A stretch of 64,000 bases of DNA, taken from Nostoc sp. DedSLP01 (GTDB taxonomy: Bacteria; Cyanobacteriota; Cyanobacteriia; Cyanobacteriales; Nostocaceae). Under the pieces are notes generated by a model, which was not told the origin of the DNA, made no database searches, and saw only the letters and a program-made list of their open reading frames with translations. The DNA lies in NCBI GenBank assembly GCA_034530875.2, contig JAVRCJ020000034.1, positions 1 to 64,000 on the forward strand, in the 5' to 3' direction. Made by a program: the position numbers and the translations under genes. This document shows, piece by piece, positions 1-9,737 of the stretch (positions within the stretch are counted from its first letter, which is position 1; each line of letters opens with the position of its first letter).

Positions 1-486
1 TTTTACTCCCCACAACTCTTGCTCTTATTACTTTACTTGGACTTGTGTGTACACCGTAGCCTTGGCAAGGGGAGGGGAAGTTTTGCGTCAGCAAAGCTGG
101 GGTGGGGTAACGCGGATCTTAATGGGAGATGAATAAATTCAAAATCAAGTATTCATCAGGGTTTCACGTTAAGTTGACACCAATGACATCTGTGCGCCTC
201 TACCTGCCTAATTTACCTCAAAAACGCTCTCAAGGAGGCGATCGCACCGTATACGCAAATCAATAAGTCTCTAATGTATTAATTGTCTATATATTTATCG
301 CTATAACGAAATATTATTTAATAATTAATTAAGTAATTACACGTAAAATTATTAGTTAATAATATTGCATAATTTGTGGCTGGGTAGTAACAACACAAGT
401 ATGAGAATAACAGGAAATATTAGACCTTAAAAACTTGAACCTAAGTTTTTACTACCTTTTAGTAGTTGAACAGCCAAGAATAGATA

Positions 487-2280
487 ATGAATTACTCTAA
501 AACAACCGCAATCAAAGATTTCACGCCATTCAACGATACCCAGACGAATCAACAAATTTCGCCCAATATAGAAAGCCGTTACCAATGGGAGAAAACTTAT
601 GAGAACTTACCTGGACATGTCAAAGGTGTTCCCAGAGGAGAAGGATTTACTATATTCAAAATCTTCATTTTTCTTTCCACTGCTATTAAAGGCGTAATAG
701 GTTTACTGACTGCACAATTTCTACATTTATTTCCTTACCTTTGGAATAAGTTGAAAAAAGGCGAAATTGTATTTACAGGTACAGCAGATTTGGGATTAAT
801 GGCAATTTTGGCTGATTTTAATAATTGGAATAATGTTGAAGAATTTAATGAATTTTTTAAACCTTGGACATTTTTCCAAAAGCCAGATGTTGCTCAAAAT
901 TGGCAGTCAGATATAGAATTTGGTCGCCAACGACTAAATGGAATGAATCCAATTTTAATACGTAAGTGCAAGGCTGAAGATATTCAAGCTGACGGCAATT
1001 TTGCAGTTACAAATGAAATAATTAATCCAGTTAGGGGCAAAGATATTGACCTAACATCAGCACTGGCGGAAAATCGTCTTTATCTCTTGGAGTATCCCAT
1101 CTTCGAGAACATAATGAATGCTGAATTAGAAGACCAATTAGGAAGATATTTACAATCTCCAATTAGTCTTTTTTATGTAGATGACCAAAAACAGCTTGTT
1201 CCCATTGCCATACAATTACAGGACAAAACTAAAAAAATCTTCACTCCCAATTCGCTACCCGAAGACTGGAAAGCAGGAAAGCTAGCTGTAGCTGGTGCTG
1301 ATGTTGCTTACCAAGGGATGATTTCTCACTTGCTCAATACACATCTAATTATTGAGCCTTTTGCAGTCACTACAAACCGCAAACTCTCAGGGCAACACAT
1401 TTTATATCAACTGTTAAAGCCTCACTTTTTCAACACCTTGCCTATCAATAATATGGCTCGGAATGTATTCCTGGGTAGGGGTGGTTTATTTGATAATATA
1501 GGCTCCCTTGGTTATACCGGTTCTAATGAACTTTTGAATAGAGGATACAACGGTATAAACCACAACGGCGAAAAGACAGAAGGATTGAAGTTTTACCAGC
1601 TAGCTTTGCCTTATGACTTGGAACAACGTGAGGTTGAGCAATTACCAAACTACTACTATCGTGATGATGCATTATTAGTTTGGAATGCTATCAAAAATTA
1701 TGTGAGTGATGTTTTACGATCGCATTACAAAAATGATGCAGAAATAATTTGCGATCGCCAACTTCAAAATTGGAAAGACGAACTGCTCGATAATGGCAAT
1801 ATTAATGGTCTGTTGCCTCCTGATAAATCTGACCAGCTAAATACCTTAGATGATTTAATTGACATTGCTACCATCGTTATTTTTACAGCAACTGCTCAGC
1901 ATTCAGCTGTCAATTTTGGTCAATACGACTATGCTGCATGGATTCCTAATAACCCATTCGCTATTTACAAGCCTTTCTTGGATTTGTTTAAATCTGAAAG
2001 TCAAAACAAAGCAACACTTCCTCAAAGGTTGCCAAATCGCTTGCAATCTATTCAGCAAATTGTGTTAGTTAAAGCTTTAACTATAGCCCCTCCATACTCC
2101 AGCAAATCTCTGCTGACTTTAACCAATCCTTTCTCTAATCCTGTTGCAAGAGAGGCATTCCATAAATTTCAGATCAATCTTGGAGAAATCGAAGCAAAAA
2201 TATCTGTTCGCAACACATCTGTTTCCCAACCTTACACTTATCTTCTCCCTTCCCGAATTGCACAAAGTATTGCAATCTAG
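487..2280 (+). CDS. Lipoxygenase (bacterial non-heme iron LOX)
   Basis: W-x-SD-x-EFGRQRLNGMNP motif; iron-ligand motifs SHLLNTHL and QHSAVNFGQYDY; C-terminal SIAI with terminal Ile ligand. Confidence 0.93.
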   Translation: MNYSKTTAIKDFTPFNDTQTNQQISPNIESRYQWEKTYENLPGHVKGVPRGEGFTIFKIFIFLSTAIKGVIGLLTAQFLHLFPYLWNKLKKGEIVFTGTADLGLMAILADFNNWNNVEEFNEFFKPWTFFQKPDVAQNWQSDIEFGRQRLNGMNPILIRKCKAEDIQADGNFAVTNEIINPVRGKDIDLTSALAENRLYLLEYPIFENIMNAELEDQLGRYLQSPISLFYVDDQKQLVPIAIQLQDKTKKIFTPNSLPEDWKAGKLAVAGADVAYQGMISHLLNTHLIIEPFAVTTNRKLSGQHILYQLLKPHFFNTLPINNMARNVFLGRGGLFDNIGSLGYTGSNELLNRGYNGINHNGEKTEGLKFYQLALPYDLEQREVEQLPNYYYRDDALLVWNAIKNYVSDVLRSHYKNDAEIICDRQLQNWKDELLDNGNINGLLPPDKSDQLNTLDDLIDIATIVIFTATAQHSAVNFGQYDYAAWIPNNPFAIYKPFLDLFKSESQNKATLPQRLPNRLQSIQQIVLVKALTIAPPYSSKSLLTLTNPFSNPVAREAFHKFQINLGEIEAKISVRNTSVSQPYTYLLPSRIAQSIAI

Positions 2281-2316
2281 CAAAGAAATAATGGGAATTT
2301 TCGTTTAAATTTAACG

Positions 2317-2354
2317 CAAATAGGGTAGTACAGCTAGCTGTGCTACCTTATTTG
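2317..2354. terminator. Hairpin between convergent genes, probable terminator
   Basis: CAAATAGGGTAGTACAGC-TA-GCTGTGCTACCTTATTTG inverted repeat 37 nt after the LOX stop. Confidence 0.6.
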
Positions 2355-2401
2355 TTGCATAGTTTATTTGGTTCCTGTCTGCTACAAAGTTTTAGGTTAT
2401 A

Positions 2402-2526
2402 TAGGACTCATATTTGATTTCTGAAAAAAATCAGTACACGCAAACAAGGCTTCTTTCCCACTCCCTACTCCCCATTCCCTACTCCCTGTCTACGCAAATA
2501 ATTTCATGAATCAAGTCAGATTCCTA
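2402..2526. mobile_element. TA-flanked MITE
   Basis: Ends TAGGACTCATATTTGATTTCTGAA ... TTCATGAATCAAGTCAGATTCCTA form imperfect inverted repeats; TATA on both sides; STRR heptamers inside. Confidence 0.6.
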
Positions 2527-3634
2527 TAGCAGAGAAATCATAGTTCGGGTTGTTGTAGCCTGGATTTGATATGGCGGACTTTATCAGGTCAGGACTGCTG
2601 AGTAAACTGCTGACATCACTACCAATAGCTTGGCTGGGCGTAGTACTACCTAGCGATATCAGTTCGCTATTAACAGAGAAATTCCAGCCTTCGTTACCAA
2701 CGAGTGTTTTACCATCGCTGCTGGTTTTAATCCGGTTTCCCAGAAGATTGCTGTTATTTACACTGGCAGTGTTACCACTACCAAGGATGTCATTGTTACC
2801 ACCAGGCAGTGTATTGGCATTACCAAGGATATCGTTGTTATTGCCTAAGTTCCAGTTACCGTTACCCTTAGTTGTGTTCTCGTTACCAAAGCCCCAGTTG
2901 CCATTACCTTCGGTTTTGCTGCCATCACCGTAGTTCCAGTTACCGTTACCGTTGGTTTTGTTGCCACTACCAAAATTCCAGTTACCATTACCATCGCTTG
3001 TATTGTTGCTACCGTAGTTCCAGTTACCATTACCTTGACCGCTGTTGTTGGTAGCATCTGCACCATCTAACTTTTGAAGATCGGATATCCAGTTGTTGCT
3101 GTTATAAGGTACAGGTAGATCGTTATTGCCAGTTTTAGGTAGGTTGCTACTACCACTCGTGTTGGAGGGGGGAGTGTTGCCAAATGGTAAGTTGCCAGGG
3201 AGGTTTCCTCCAGCAAAGGGATTGCTACCATTGGAGGCACTATCACCACCAGCTTTGCTATCACCAGCAAAGGGGTTGCTACCACCACCTAATACGCTGG
3301 GGTCACCGCCAATGACTGAAACCAATTTATTGAACGGGTTATTAGTATCAGTTAAAGCTCGCTCGTCGAGTGGTCGCTCGTAATTGTATGCGTACTTCCC
3401 ATCTTCACTGGTTGTCGATGAGTTGCCACCACCGATGAAGGAAGCGAAAGGATTGCTACCGCTAGTAGTGCCACCGAAGCCACCACTAGCGCTACCACCA
3501 CTGCTAGAAGCTAAAGTTGTGCCATTGCTGGACTGCCATTTGCCATCACTGAAATAAAAGTTACCATTACCAGTTGAATTGTTGCCATTACCTTGTGACC
3601 CAGCAGTTTGATTGCTATTATCAGAGGTTGCCAT
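2516..3634 (-). CDS. Gly/Asn/Ser-rich repeat protein (xxNxxxG beta-roll repeats, NPF motifs)
   Basis: Long ORF with GNGNWNxG repeats at a 14-aa period and SNPFA repeats; first ATG at 3634 (ORF track starts at TTG 3658). Confidence 0.8.
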   Translation of the reverse strand: MATSDNSNQTAGSQGNGNNSTGNGNFYFSDGKWQSSNGTTLASSSGGSASGGFGGTTSGSNPFASFIGGGNSSTTSEDGKYAYNYERPLDERALTDTNNPFNKLVSVIGGDPSVLGGGSNPFAGDSKAGGDSASNGSNPFAGGNLPGNLPFGNTPPSNTSGSSNLPKTGNNDLPVPYNSNNWISDLQKLDGADATNNSGQGNGNWNYGSNNTSDGNGNWNFGSGNKTNGNGNWNYGDGSKTEGNGNWGFGNENTTKGNGNWNLGNNNDILGNANTLPGGNNDILGSGNTASVNNSNLLGNRIKTSSDGKTLVGNEGWNFSVNSELISLGSTTPSQAIGSDVSSLLSSPDLIKSAISNPGYNNPNYDFSAIGI

Positions 3635-4325
3635 CAGAATTAAACTCCTATTATTCAAACTGAAGTTACGCCAATAACAGAAAGAACAACGACACGAATA
3701 AAAGCATTTTTTGAGTTTTATACTAAATCAAAAAATGCTATCTTCCGACTACAGATTTATTGCTGAGGTGAGTTAGAATTTGTTTGAAAATCATTTAAAC
3801 ATCAGCAAAAATATTTAATTAAATCAAGTTTGATTAAGCAAAAGCCTAAATAAAAAGCAGCAGTATTTTTACTTAATAAAAGTCTACAGTATGGGATTTA
3901 TTTTTAAAATGAACAAAATTTAGATTTGGTTGCAAATTCTTTTGATATTGTTTGTGCCAAAATCATTACAGAGGGGAAAAGCTATAAGTGCAGAGAGTGC
4001 TATTTTAGCGAATTATTGTCGAGTGCTGGCATGGCAAAACTCAACCGCATCGTAACAGAAAACTTGCTCTACAGTTTCGATCGCCTTTGAAATGTTTAAC
4101 TCCTACACCTTCGCTGCCAGACGTCCTGCTTCTTCAGCGTCCTGTAGTGTAGGGAAAGGTATTTGATTTACTAATAAAACTAAAATATATTTTTCAAGAA
4201 AATATATAGCCATAAAAATTGATAAATTATTGAACTAAAAAAACAAAAATTTCTCCAAATAAAAATTGACTTATCTTTAGATTAATTAGTACGCGTTCAT
4301 CTATAACAAACTCATTAATTAGATA

Positions 4326-4606
4326 TATAGCAATCCTAAATCATTCGTGAAAAAATCTATTACCTGTTGCCTGCTTCCACAACTAATTTCACAACTCCTG
4401 CACGAAAAGCTATAGCAATCCTAAATAATTTACAAATAAATCTACTCCCCACTGGCTACTCACTCCCTTCATGAGTAGCTTATAAATCAATACAGTTGAG
4501 TTAAGAAGAACAGTAAGTTGGATTTCGCTGTCGCTCAACCCAACCTACGCCAGTTTTAGCCTTAACACTAAGCGTATTCGCTTATAAATCAAATAAAATT
4601 GCTATA
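4326..4606. mobile_element. Two tandem TATAGCAATCCTAAAT-type MITEs, the second carrying a nested MITE/REP
   Basis: TATAGCAATCCTAAAT at 4326 and 4411; GCTATA ends at 4414 and 4606; inner element 4488-4579 flanked by a GCTTATAAAT direct repeat. Confidence 0.65.
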
Positions 4607-4819
4607 TAAAAGTATGTTTGCGATCGCCACGAATGCAGCTGCCCCAAACGCTGCTACGATATAGAACAGGCTACCAACCAGTAAGTAGACCGCACTAGGT
4701 TTAAATCAAAAGAGATTCGCTTATGGACTGTCATCCAGAAACCGACTCAATTAAAAACCAGATGAGTAAATTAACCCTTTCCGTGGGATGCTGGTTGATT
4801 GATTAGGGATTATTTGCAG

Positions 4820-5731
4820 ATGTCTGTTGTTTCTGGTGTCACTGTTACTGTTCCCGCCACAACCGCTAATTTGGGGCCTGGTTTTGATTGCATTGGTGCG
4901 GCTTTAAAGCTGTACAACCAGTTCAAGTTCGCCCGCGTAGAAGAGGGCGGGTTAATTATTGCTGTCACAGGTGAAGAAGCCCAGCGAGTACAAACTGATG
5001 AAAGCAATCTCCTCTACCAAGCGTTTATCAGGTTCTATCAACATATAGAGCAGACACCGCCAGCTGTGAAAATAGAAATTAAACTGGGCGTACCCCTAGC
5101 TAGGGGTTTGGGTAGTTCCGCCACTGCAATTGTTGGCGGGTTAATTGCGGCGAATGAACTTGAGGGTTCGCCGCTGAGTCAGTCGCAGGTGATGGAATTA
5201 GCGATCGCAATGGAAGGACATCCTGATAATGTAGTTCCAGCCTTGTTAGGCGGATGTCGGCTGGCTGCTAGTAGTGGTGCAGGTTGGGAAATTTGTGATA
5301 TTCCCTGGCATCAGGATATCATCCCAGTCGTAGCTATTCCTGATTTTGAACTGTCGACTTCAGATGCACGGCGGGTTGTACCAACGGAGGTAAGTCGTGC
5401 AGATGCGATTTTCAATGCCGCACACTTGGGTTTATTATTGCGTGGCTTGGAAACTGGTAAACCAGAATGGTTAAAGGCAGCTTTGCAAGATAAATTGCAT
5501 CAGCCCTATCGCAAAGCTTTAATTCCTGGTTACGATTCTGTGAATCTAGCAGCTGTTACGGCTGGTGCTTATGGCATGGTAATTAGTGGTGCGGGGCCCA
5601 CACTATTAGCTTTAACAGATGACTTACATTCAGAAGCTGTCGCAGCAGCGATGTCCAATGCTTGGGAACAAGAAGGAATTATAGCCAATGTGCGATCGCT
5701 TTCTCTGGATATCCAAGGCGCGAAAATTTAG
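4820..5731 (+). CDS. thrB: Homoserine kinase
   Basis: [29 protein letters not shown] and ISGAGPT motifs; ATG at 4820. Confidence 0.96.
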   Translation: MSVVSGVTVTVPATTANLGPGFDCIGAALKLYNQFKFARVEEGGLIIAVTGEEAQRVQTDESNLLYQAFIRFYQHIEQTPPAVKIEIKLGVPLARGLGSSATAIVGGLIAANELEGSPLSQSQVMELAIAMEGHPDNVVPALLGGCRLAASSGAGWEICDIPWHQDIIPVVAIPDFELSTSDARRVVPTEVSRADAIFNAAHLGLLLRGLETGKPEWLKAALQDKLHQPYRKALIPGYDSVNLAAVTAGAYGMVISGAGPTLLALTDDLHSEAVAAAMSNAWEQEGIIANVRSLSLDIQGAKI

Positions 5732-5744
5732 AAGATTGGATATG

Positions 5745-5868
5745 GGGCATGGGGCATTAAGAAGTGTGGGAGGTGTGGGAGGATAGGGAAGAAATCTTCC
5801 CCCCACACTCCCCACACTCCCCACACCTCCCAATCCCCCACTCCCCACTCCCCACTCCCCACTCCCCC
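5745..5868. repeat. STRR-type short tandem repeats (CCCCACT, CCCCACACT, GGGGCAT)
   Basis: Tandem 7-9-mers seen directly; typical of heterocystous cyanobacteria. Confidence 0.85.
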
Positions 5869-5869
5869 T

Positions 5870-6379
5870 ATGGATCGAATTCAAGCTGAAATAGCAGCAC
5901 TTAAATCTCAAATTCAAGCTCTCCAGCAAGAACGTGCTGCACTCACTCTTAATAATGATGTCATTGCCGAAAATGATTCACCCTTGGCAATGGTTGAGGC
6001 TTTCCGCCGCCAAGCTAGAGAAAATCCCCAATTATCTGCTGAACTCAAGGGCATAGATGATGCAGTTGCAGCGCTGGAATTGCAACTACAACAAAAACAA
6101 GCCGAATTAGCTCGTTGGCAAATTGAATCAAAACAACTTACCCAACAACAGCAGCTAGAGGAAGCGAAAAAAGTAGCTCAGGTTCACGCTCAACGCATTA
6201 ATCAACTCGCAGCAGAACTAGCTACAGAAATCCGCTCGCTCAAAGCTTGCGCCGATGAGCTTAGTCCTATGTATTGGCAAGTCTATTACAAGCCTTTTAT
6301 TACTGGGTTTAAGACCATTTCCGTGCCTCACGTCCGATCCGATGGTGAAGTCTGGACGATTGTCAACCGTATTGTTTGA
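5870..6379 (+). CDS. Hypothetical coiled-coil protein
   Basis: 169-aa Q/E/A/L-rich heptad ORF followed by a terminator. Confidence 0.8.
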   Translation: MDRIQAEIAALKSQIQALQQERAALTLNNDVIAENDSPLAMVEAFRRQARENPQLSAELKGIDDAVAALELQLQQKQAELARWQIESKQLTQQQQLEEAKKVAQVHAQRINQLAAELATEIRSLKACADELSPMYWQVYYKPFITGFKTISVPHVRSDGEVWTIVNRIV

Positions 6380-6430
6380 AATCTGAGCCAATACTTATCA
6401 ATCAAAAATCAGGCTAAATTCTAACTGAGG

Positions 6431-6456
6431 ACGGTGGCATGAGCCGCCGTTTTTTG
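6431..6456 (+). terminator. Rho-independent terminator
   Basis: ACGGTGGC-ATGA-GCCGCCGT stem followed by TTTTT. Confidence 0.75.
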
Positions 6457-6626
6457 TTGACGTTGTAAAACTTTACATTTAGAATGGGCTAGGGTATCTC
6501 AGACTGAGTATTTATTCCTATCAATAATTAAGATTTAGTCTTTAAAAGGAAATCGCGTTTACAAAACTACAAATTGCTTAATATAATGTAATTAAAAGCG
6601 AAAAGTTAAATTGATTGTCAGAAGTG

Positions 6627-8240
6627 ATGAATGCTATAGAATTTCCTTGGCTAACAGCCATAATTGCTTTGCCCTTGGTGGCTGCCTTAGCCATCCCATT
6701 AATCCCAGATAAAGAAGGTAAAACCGTCCGTTGGTACAGTCTGGGAGTTGCTTTTGCAGATTTCGCGTTGATGATTTATGCCTTTTGGTATAAATACGAC
6801 TTCCAAAGTTCAACACTCCAACTAGTAGAAAACTATTCTTGGATACCGCAGTTGGGTTTAAATTGGGCTGTGGGGGTTGATGGTTTATCGATGCCCTTAG
6901 TACTTCTGACAGGCTTAATCAATACCCTCGCAATATTCGCGGCTTGGAAAGTTACCAACAAGCCGCGATTATTTTACGCATTGATGCTAGCGATGTACAG
7001 CGCACAGCTTGGCGTCTTTGTTGCTCAAGATTTGCTTTTGTTCTTCTTAATGTGGGAAATCGAGTTAGTGCCGGTTTACCTGCTGATTTCCATCTGGGGA
7101 GGACAAAACCGCCGCTATGCAGCCACTAAGTTTATTCTTTACACTGCTGCTGCTTCAATATTCATCTTGGTAGCTGGTTTTGCACTTGTCTTCTCAGGAG
7201 ATACCGTCACCTTCGATATGGCGGCTCTGGGAATGAAAGAATATCCCAAAGCTGTTGAATTATTAGCCTACGCAGGTTTTTTAATTGCCTTCGGTGTAAA
7301 ACTACCAATTTTCCCTTTACACACTTGGCTACCTGATGCTCACGGTGAAGCGTCTGCACCCGGTTCAATGATTTTAGCTGGCGTGTTGTTGAAAATGGGT
7401 GGTTACGCTCTCATCCGCATCAACGTTGAGATGCTACCTAATGCCCATGTTTACTTTGCTCCTGTGCTGGCAATTTTAGGTGTAGTGAACATTGTTTACG
7501 GTGCTTGTTGTGCCTTTGCCCAAACCAATCTCAAGCGTCGCTTGGCTTACTCTTCAATTGCCCACATGGGGTTTGTGCTGATTGGAATTGCCTCCTACAC
7601 AGAACTTGGCATCAGCGGCGCCGTATTACAAATGATTTCTCACGGATTGATTGCTGCTAGCTTGTTCTTCTTATCCGGTGTTACTTACGATCGCACCCAC
7701 ACCTTGATGATGGATAAAATGGGTGGAATGGCGAAGGTAATGCCCAGAACTTTTGCTCTGTTTACCGCTGGCTCAATGGCTTCTCTGGCTTTACCAGGGA
7801 TGAGTGGTTTCGTCGGTGAGTTGATGGTATTTCTCGGTATCGCCAGCAGTGATGTTTACAGTTCTAGCTTCAAAGTTGTAGTGGTGCTGCTGTCAGCAGT
7901 TGGCGTAATTTTGACACCGATTTACTTACTCTCTATGCTGCGTCAAGTCTTCTACGGTAACCAAAACAAAGAGTTGCACTTGGATGCTGCAATATCTGAT
8001 GTCCAACCCCGCGAACTGTTCATTACCGCTTGTCTGCTGCTACCAATCATCGGTATCGGTTTCTATCCTAAGTTGGCAACGCAGACTTATGATGTGAAAA
8101 CAGTAGAAGTAGCCGCCCATGCTCGCCAAGTTCTACCAGTTGTTGCTCACCAGCAACCATCAAGTCTCTACTCGCGTATTTTTACAGCACCAACCTTGGC
8201 TAGTTCTCAAGTCGAAACATTAGTTAATATTTCAAAGTAA
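6627..8240 (+). CDS. ndhD: NAD(P)H-quinone oxidoreductase subunit 4 (NdhD, probably D2 type)
   Basis: Multi-TM protein with [30 protein letters not shown] and [10 protein letters not shown] motifs. Confidence 0.95.
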   Translation: MNAIEFPWLTAIIALPLVAALAIPLIPDKEGKTVRWYSLGVAFADFALMIYAFWYKYDFQSSTLQLVENYSWIPQLGLNWAVGVDGLSMPLVLLTGLINTLAIFAAWKVTNKPRLFYALMLAMYSAQLGVFVAQDLLLFFLMWEIELVPVYLLISIWGGQNRRYAATKFILYTAAASIFILVAGFALVFSGDTVTFDMAALGMKEYPKAVELLAYAGFLIAFGVKLPIFPLHTWLPDAHGEASAPGSMILAGVLLKMGGYALIRINVEMLPNAHVYFAPVLAILGVVNIVYGACCAFAQTNLKRRLAYSSIAHMGFVLIGIASYTELGISGAVLQMISHGLIAASLFFLSGVTYDRTHTLMMDKMGGMAKVMPRTFALFTAGSMASLALPGMSGFVGELMVFLGIASSDVYSSSFKVVVVLLSAVGVILTPIYLLSMLRQVFYGNQNKELHLDAAISDVQPRELFITACLLLPIIGIGFYPKLATQTYDVKTVEVAAHARQVLPVVAHQQPSSLYSRIFTAPTLASSQVETLVNISK

Positions 8241-8294
8241 AATATACATCCTAACGATGGGTGCTGCAATTAATTTCTAATATGAGGGGAATAA

Positions 8295-8318
8295 AGGGGT
8301 GGTTACACAACCACCCCT
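8295..8318 (+). terminator. Hairpin after ndhD
   Basis: AGGGGTGGTT-ACAC-AACCACCCCT perfect stem. Confidence 0.55.
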
Positions 8319-8437
8319 AAAATTTTGTCAAATAAGTATCCTCAGTCCCAACTTTTGATAAAGGTATAGGATTAGAGTTGATGTGTTCTAAGTTGAGCAT
8401 TCTACTTCTATTGCCACACAAGTATAAATCAAGGATT

Positions 8438-9523
8438 ATGGCACGATCGCAAGAGTTAAACCGCTTTGGACACCATCTGATCCTGGGTATTTCCGGTACT
8501 ACCTTAAGTGATGAAGATAAGCGGGTACTCAGTGAAATAAAGCCAATTGGAGTAATATTCTATACTGCAAATTTTTTGCATGACACTCCTTATGAAGTTT
8601 GGCTAGAAAAATTCAAGGAGCTGAACAATCAGATACGAGAATATACTGAACGTGAATCTATGTTTGCAACTTTAGATCATGAAGGAGGTCGTTTTGTTTG
8701 GACACCGCTACCGATTACTCGATTTCCTCATGCCTTATTGCTCCGATCGCACGCATATCAAGTAGCAAAAGCTACGTCCGTAGAACTGAAATCGTTAGGA
8801 ATTAATTTATCTTGGGCACCTCTAGCAGATATTTTTTCTTATCCTCATAATCCTATAATTGGTTCTCGTGCTTTTGGTAGGACTCCCGAAACTGCTGCTC
8901 AAGGTGCCCTTAACTACTACCTTGGACTTCGGGATTCAGGAATTCTTGGATGTGCCAAACATTTCCCCGGACATGGTGATACTAGCCAAGATTCTCATCT
9001 CGAGCTGCCAATACTCAATTTGACCATAGAAGATCTGCGACTTCGAGAACTGATACCTTTCAAAACTCTCATCGAAGTACAGATTCCTTTAATTATGACT
9101 GCCCATATCTTATTTCCGAAGATAGATCCTGATGTACCAGCAACCTTTTCTCAGACTATTCTTAAAAACATACTCAGGGAGGAACTTGGTTTTGAGGGAG
9201 TCGTTGTCTCTGACGACTTAGATATGAGAGCAGTTTCAGGTATGTTTACTCAAGCTGGTACTGTAGCGCGGTTATTCCATGCAGGCTGCGACCTACTCAT
9301 AATTTCGCGTTATCTTAATTCATCATCTATTGACAGAACTTATAAAATTGCTGAAGATTTTGTTGATTCTCTGACTAACGGTAGCTTAGATGAATCAGTT
9401 GTGGAAGCTGCTAGAGAAAGAATTGAGAAACTACTAGCAATAACACCGCAATATCCCATCGAGGCTTTAGATAAAGATGTATTCTTGCAACACGCTCAAC
9501 TGGCGATCGCAAGTACTTTGTGA
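8438..9523 (+). CDS. nagZ: Beta-N-acetylhexosaminidase, GH3 (NagZ family)
   Basis: DHEGG, KHFPGHG-x4-DSH and SDDL-x-M motifs; ATG at 8438 after AAGGA. Confidence 0.85.
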   Translation: MARSQELNRFGHHLILGISGTTLSDEDKRVLSEIKPIGVIFYTANFLHDTPYEVWLEKFKELNNQIREYTERESMFATLDHEGGRFVWTPLPITRFPHALLLRSHAYQVAKATSVELKSLGINLSWAPLADIFSYPHNPIIGSRAFGRTPETAAQGALNYYLGLRDSGILGCAKHFPGHGDTSQDSHLELPILNLTIEDLRLRELIPFKTLIEVQIPLIMTAHILFPKIDPDVPATFSQTILKNILREELGFEGVVVSDDLDMRAVSGMFTQAGTVARLFHAGCDLLIISRYLNSSSIDRTYKIAEDFVDSLTNGSLDESVVEAARERIEKLLAITPQYPIEALDKDVFLQHAQLAIASTL

Positions 9524-9737
9524 TGTAACTTAAAGGATTAGGTAGCCGCACAACAGAATCTATAACAGAAGTCTAAATTTGCTTCGAGATAAACCTTCAA
9601 CCTCGTTGTCTATCTTGAGACACAGAAAAATTTCATTTAGATTTCATTATTTTAGTAAAAGCTATGGATAGGGTGAACGGCAAAACATTTCAGACTATTG
9701 TATATACCTTCACCGATGACAAGCGATCGCTAAAAAT

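Noticed and set aside
2571..3383. Overlapping alternative-frame ORFs rich in Leu/Pro or Val/Thr
   Set aside because: Shadow frames of the repetitive Gly/Asn gene
4103..4213. 36-aa minus-strand ORF MAIYFLEKYILVLLVNQIPFPTLQDAEEAGRLAAKV
   Set aside because: No RBS and a very AT-rich 5' half; may be a gene remnant but cannot be supported without a search
5630..5929. 99-aa minus-strand ORF with GSGEWGVGS repeats
   Set aside because: Translation of STRR repeats, overlapping two real genes
8680..8710. NagZ DHEGGRFVW variant lacking the usual second Arg, suggesting inactivation
   Set aside because: The catalytic KHFPGHG/DSH and SDD motifs are intact and the ORF is full length; not enough to call a pseudogene
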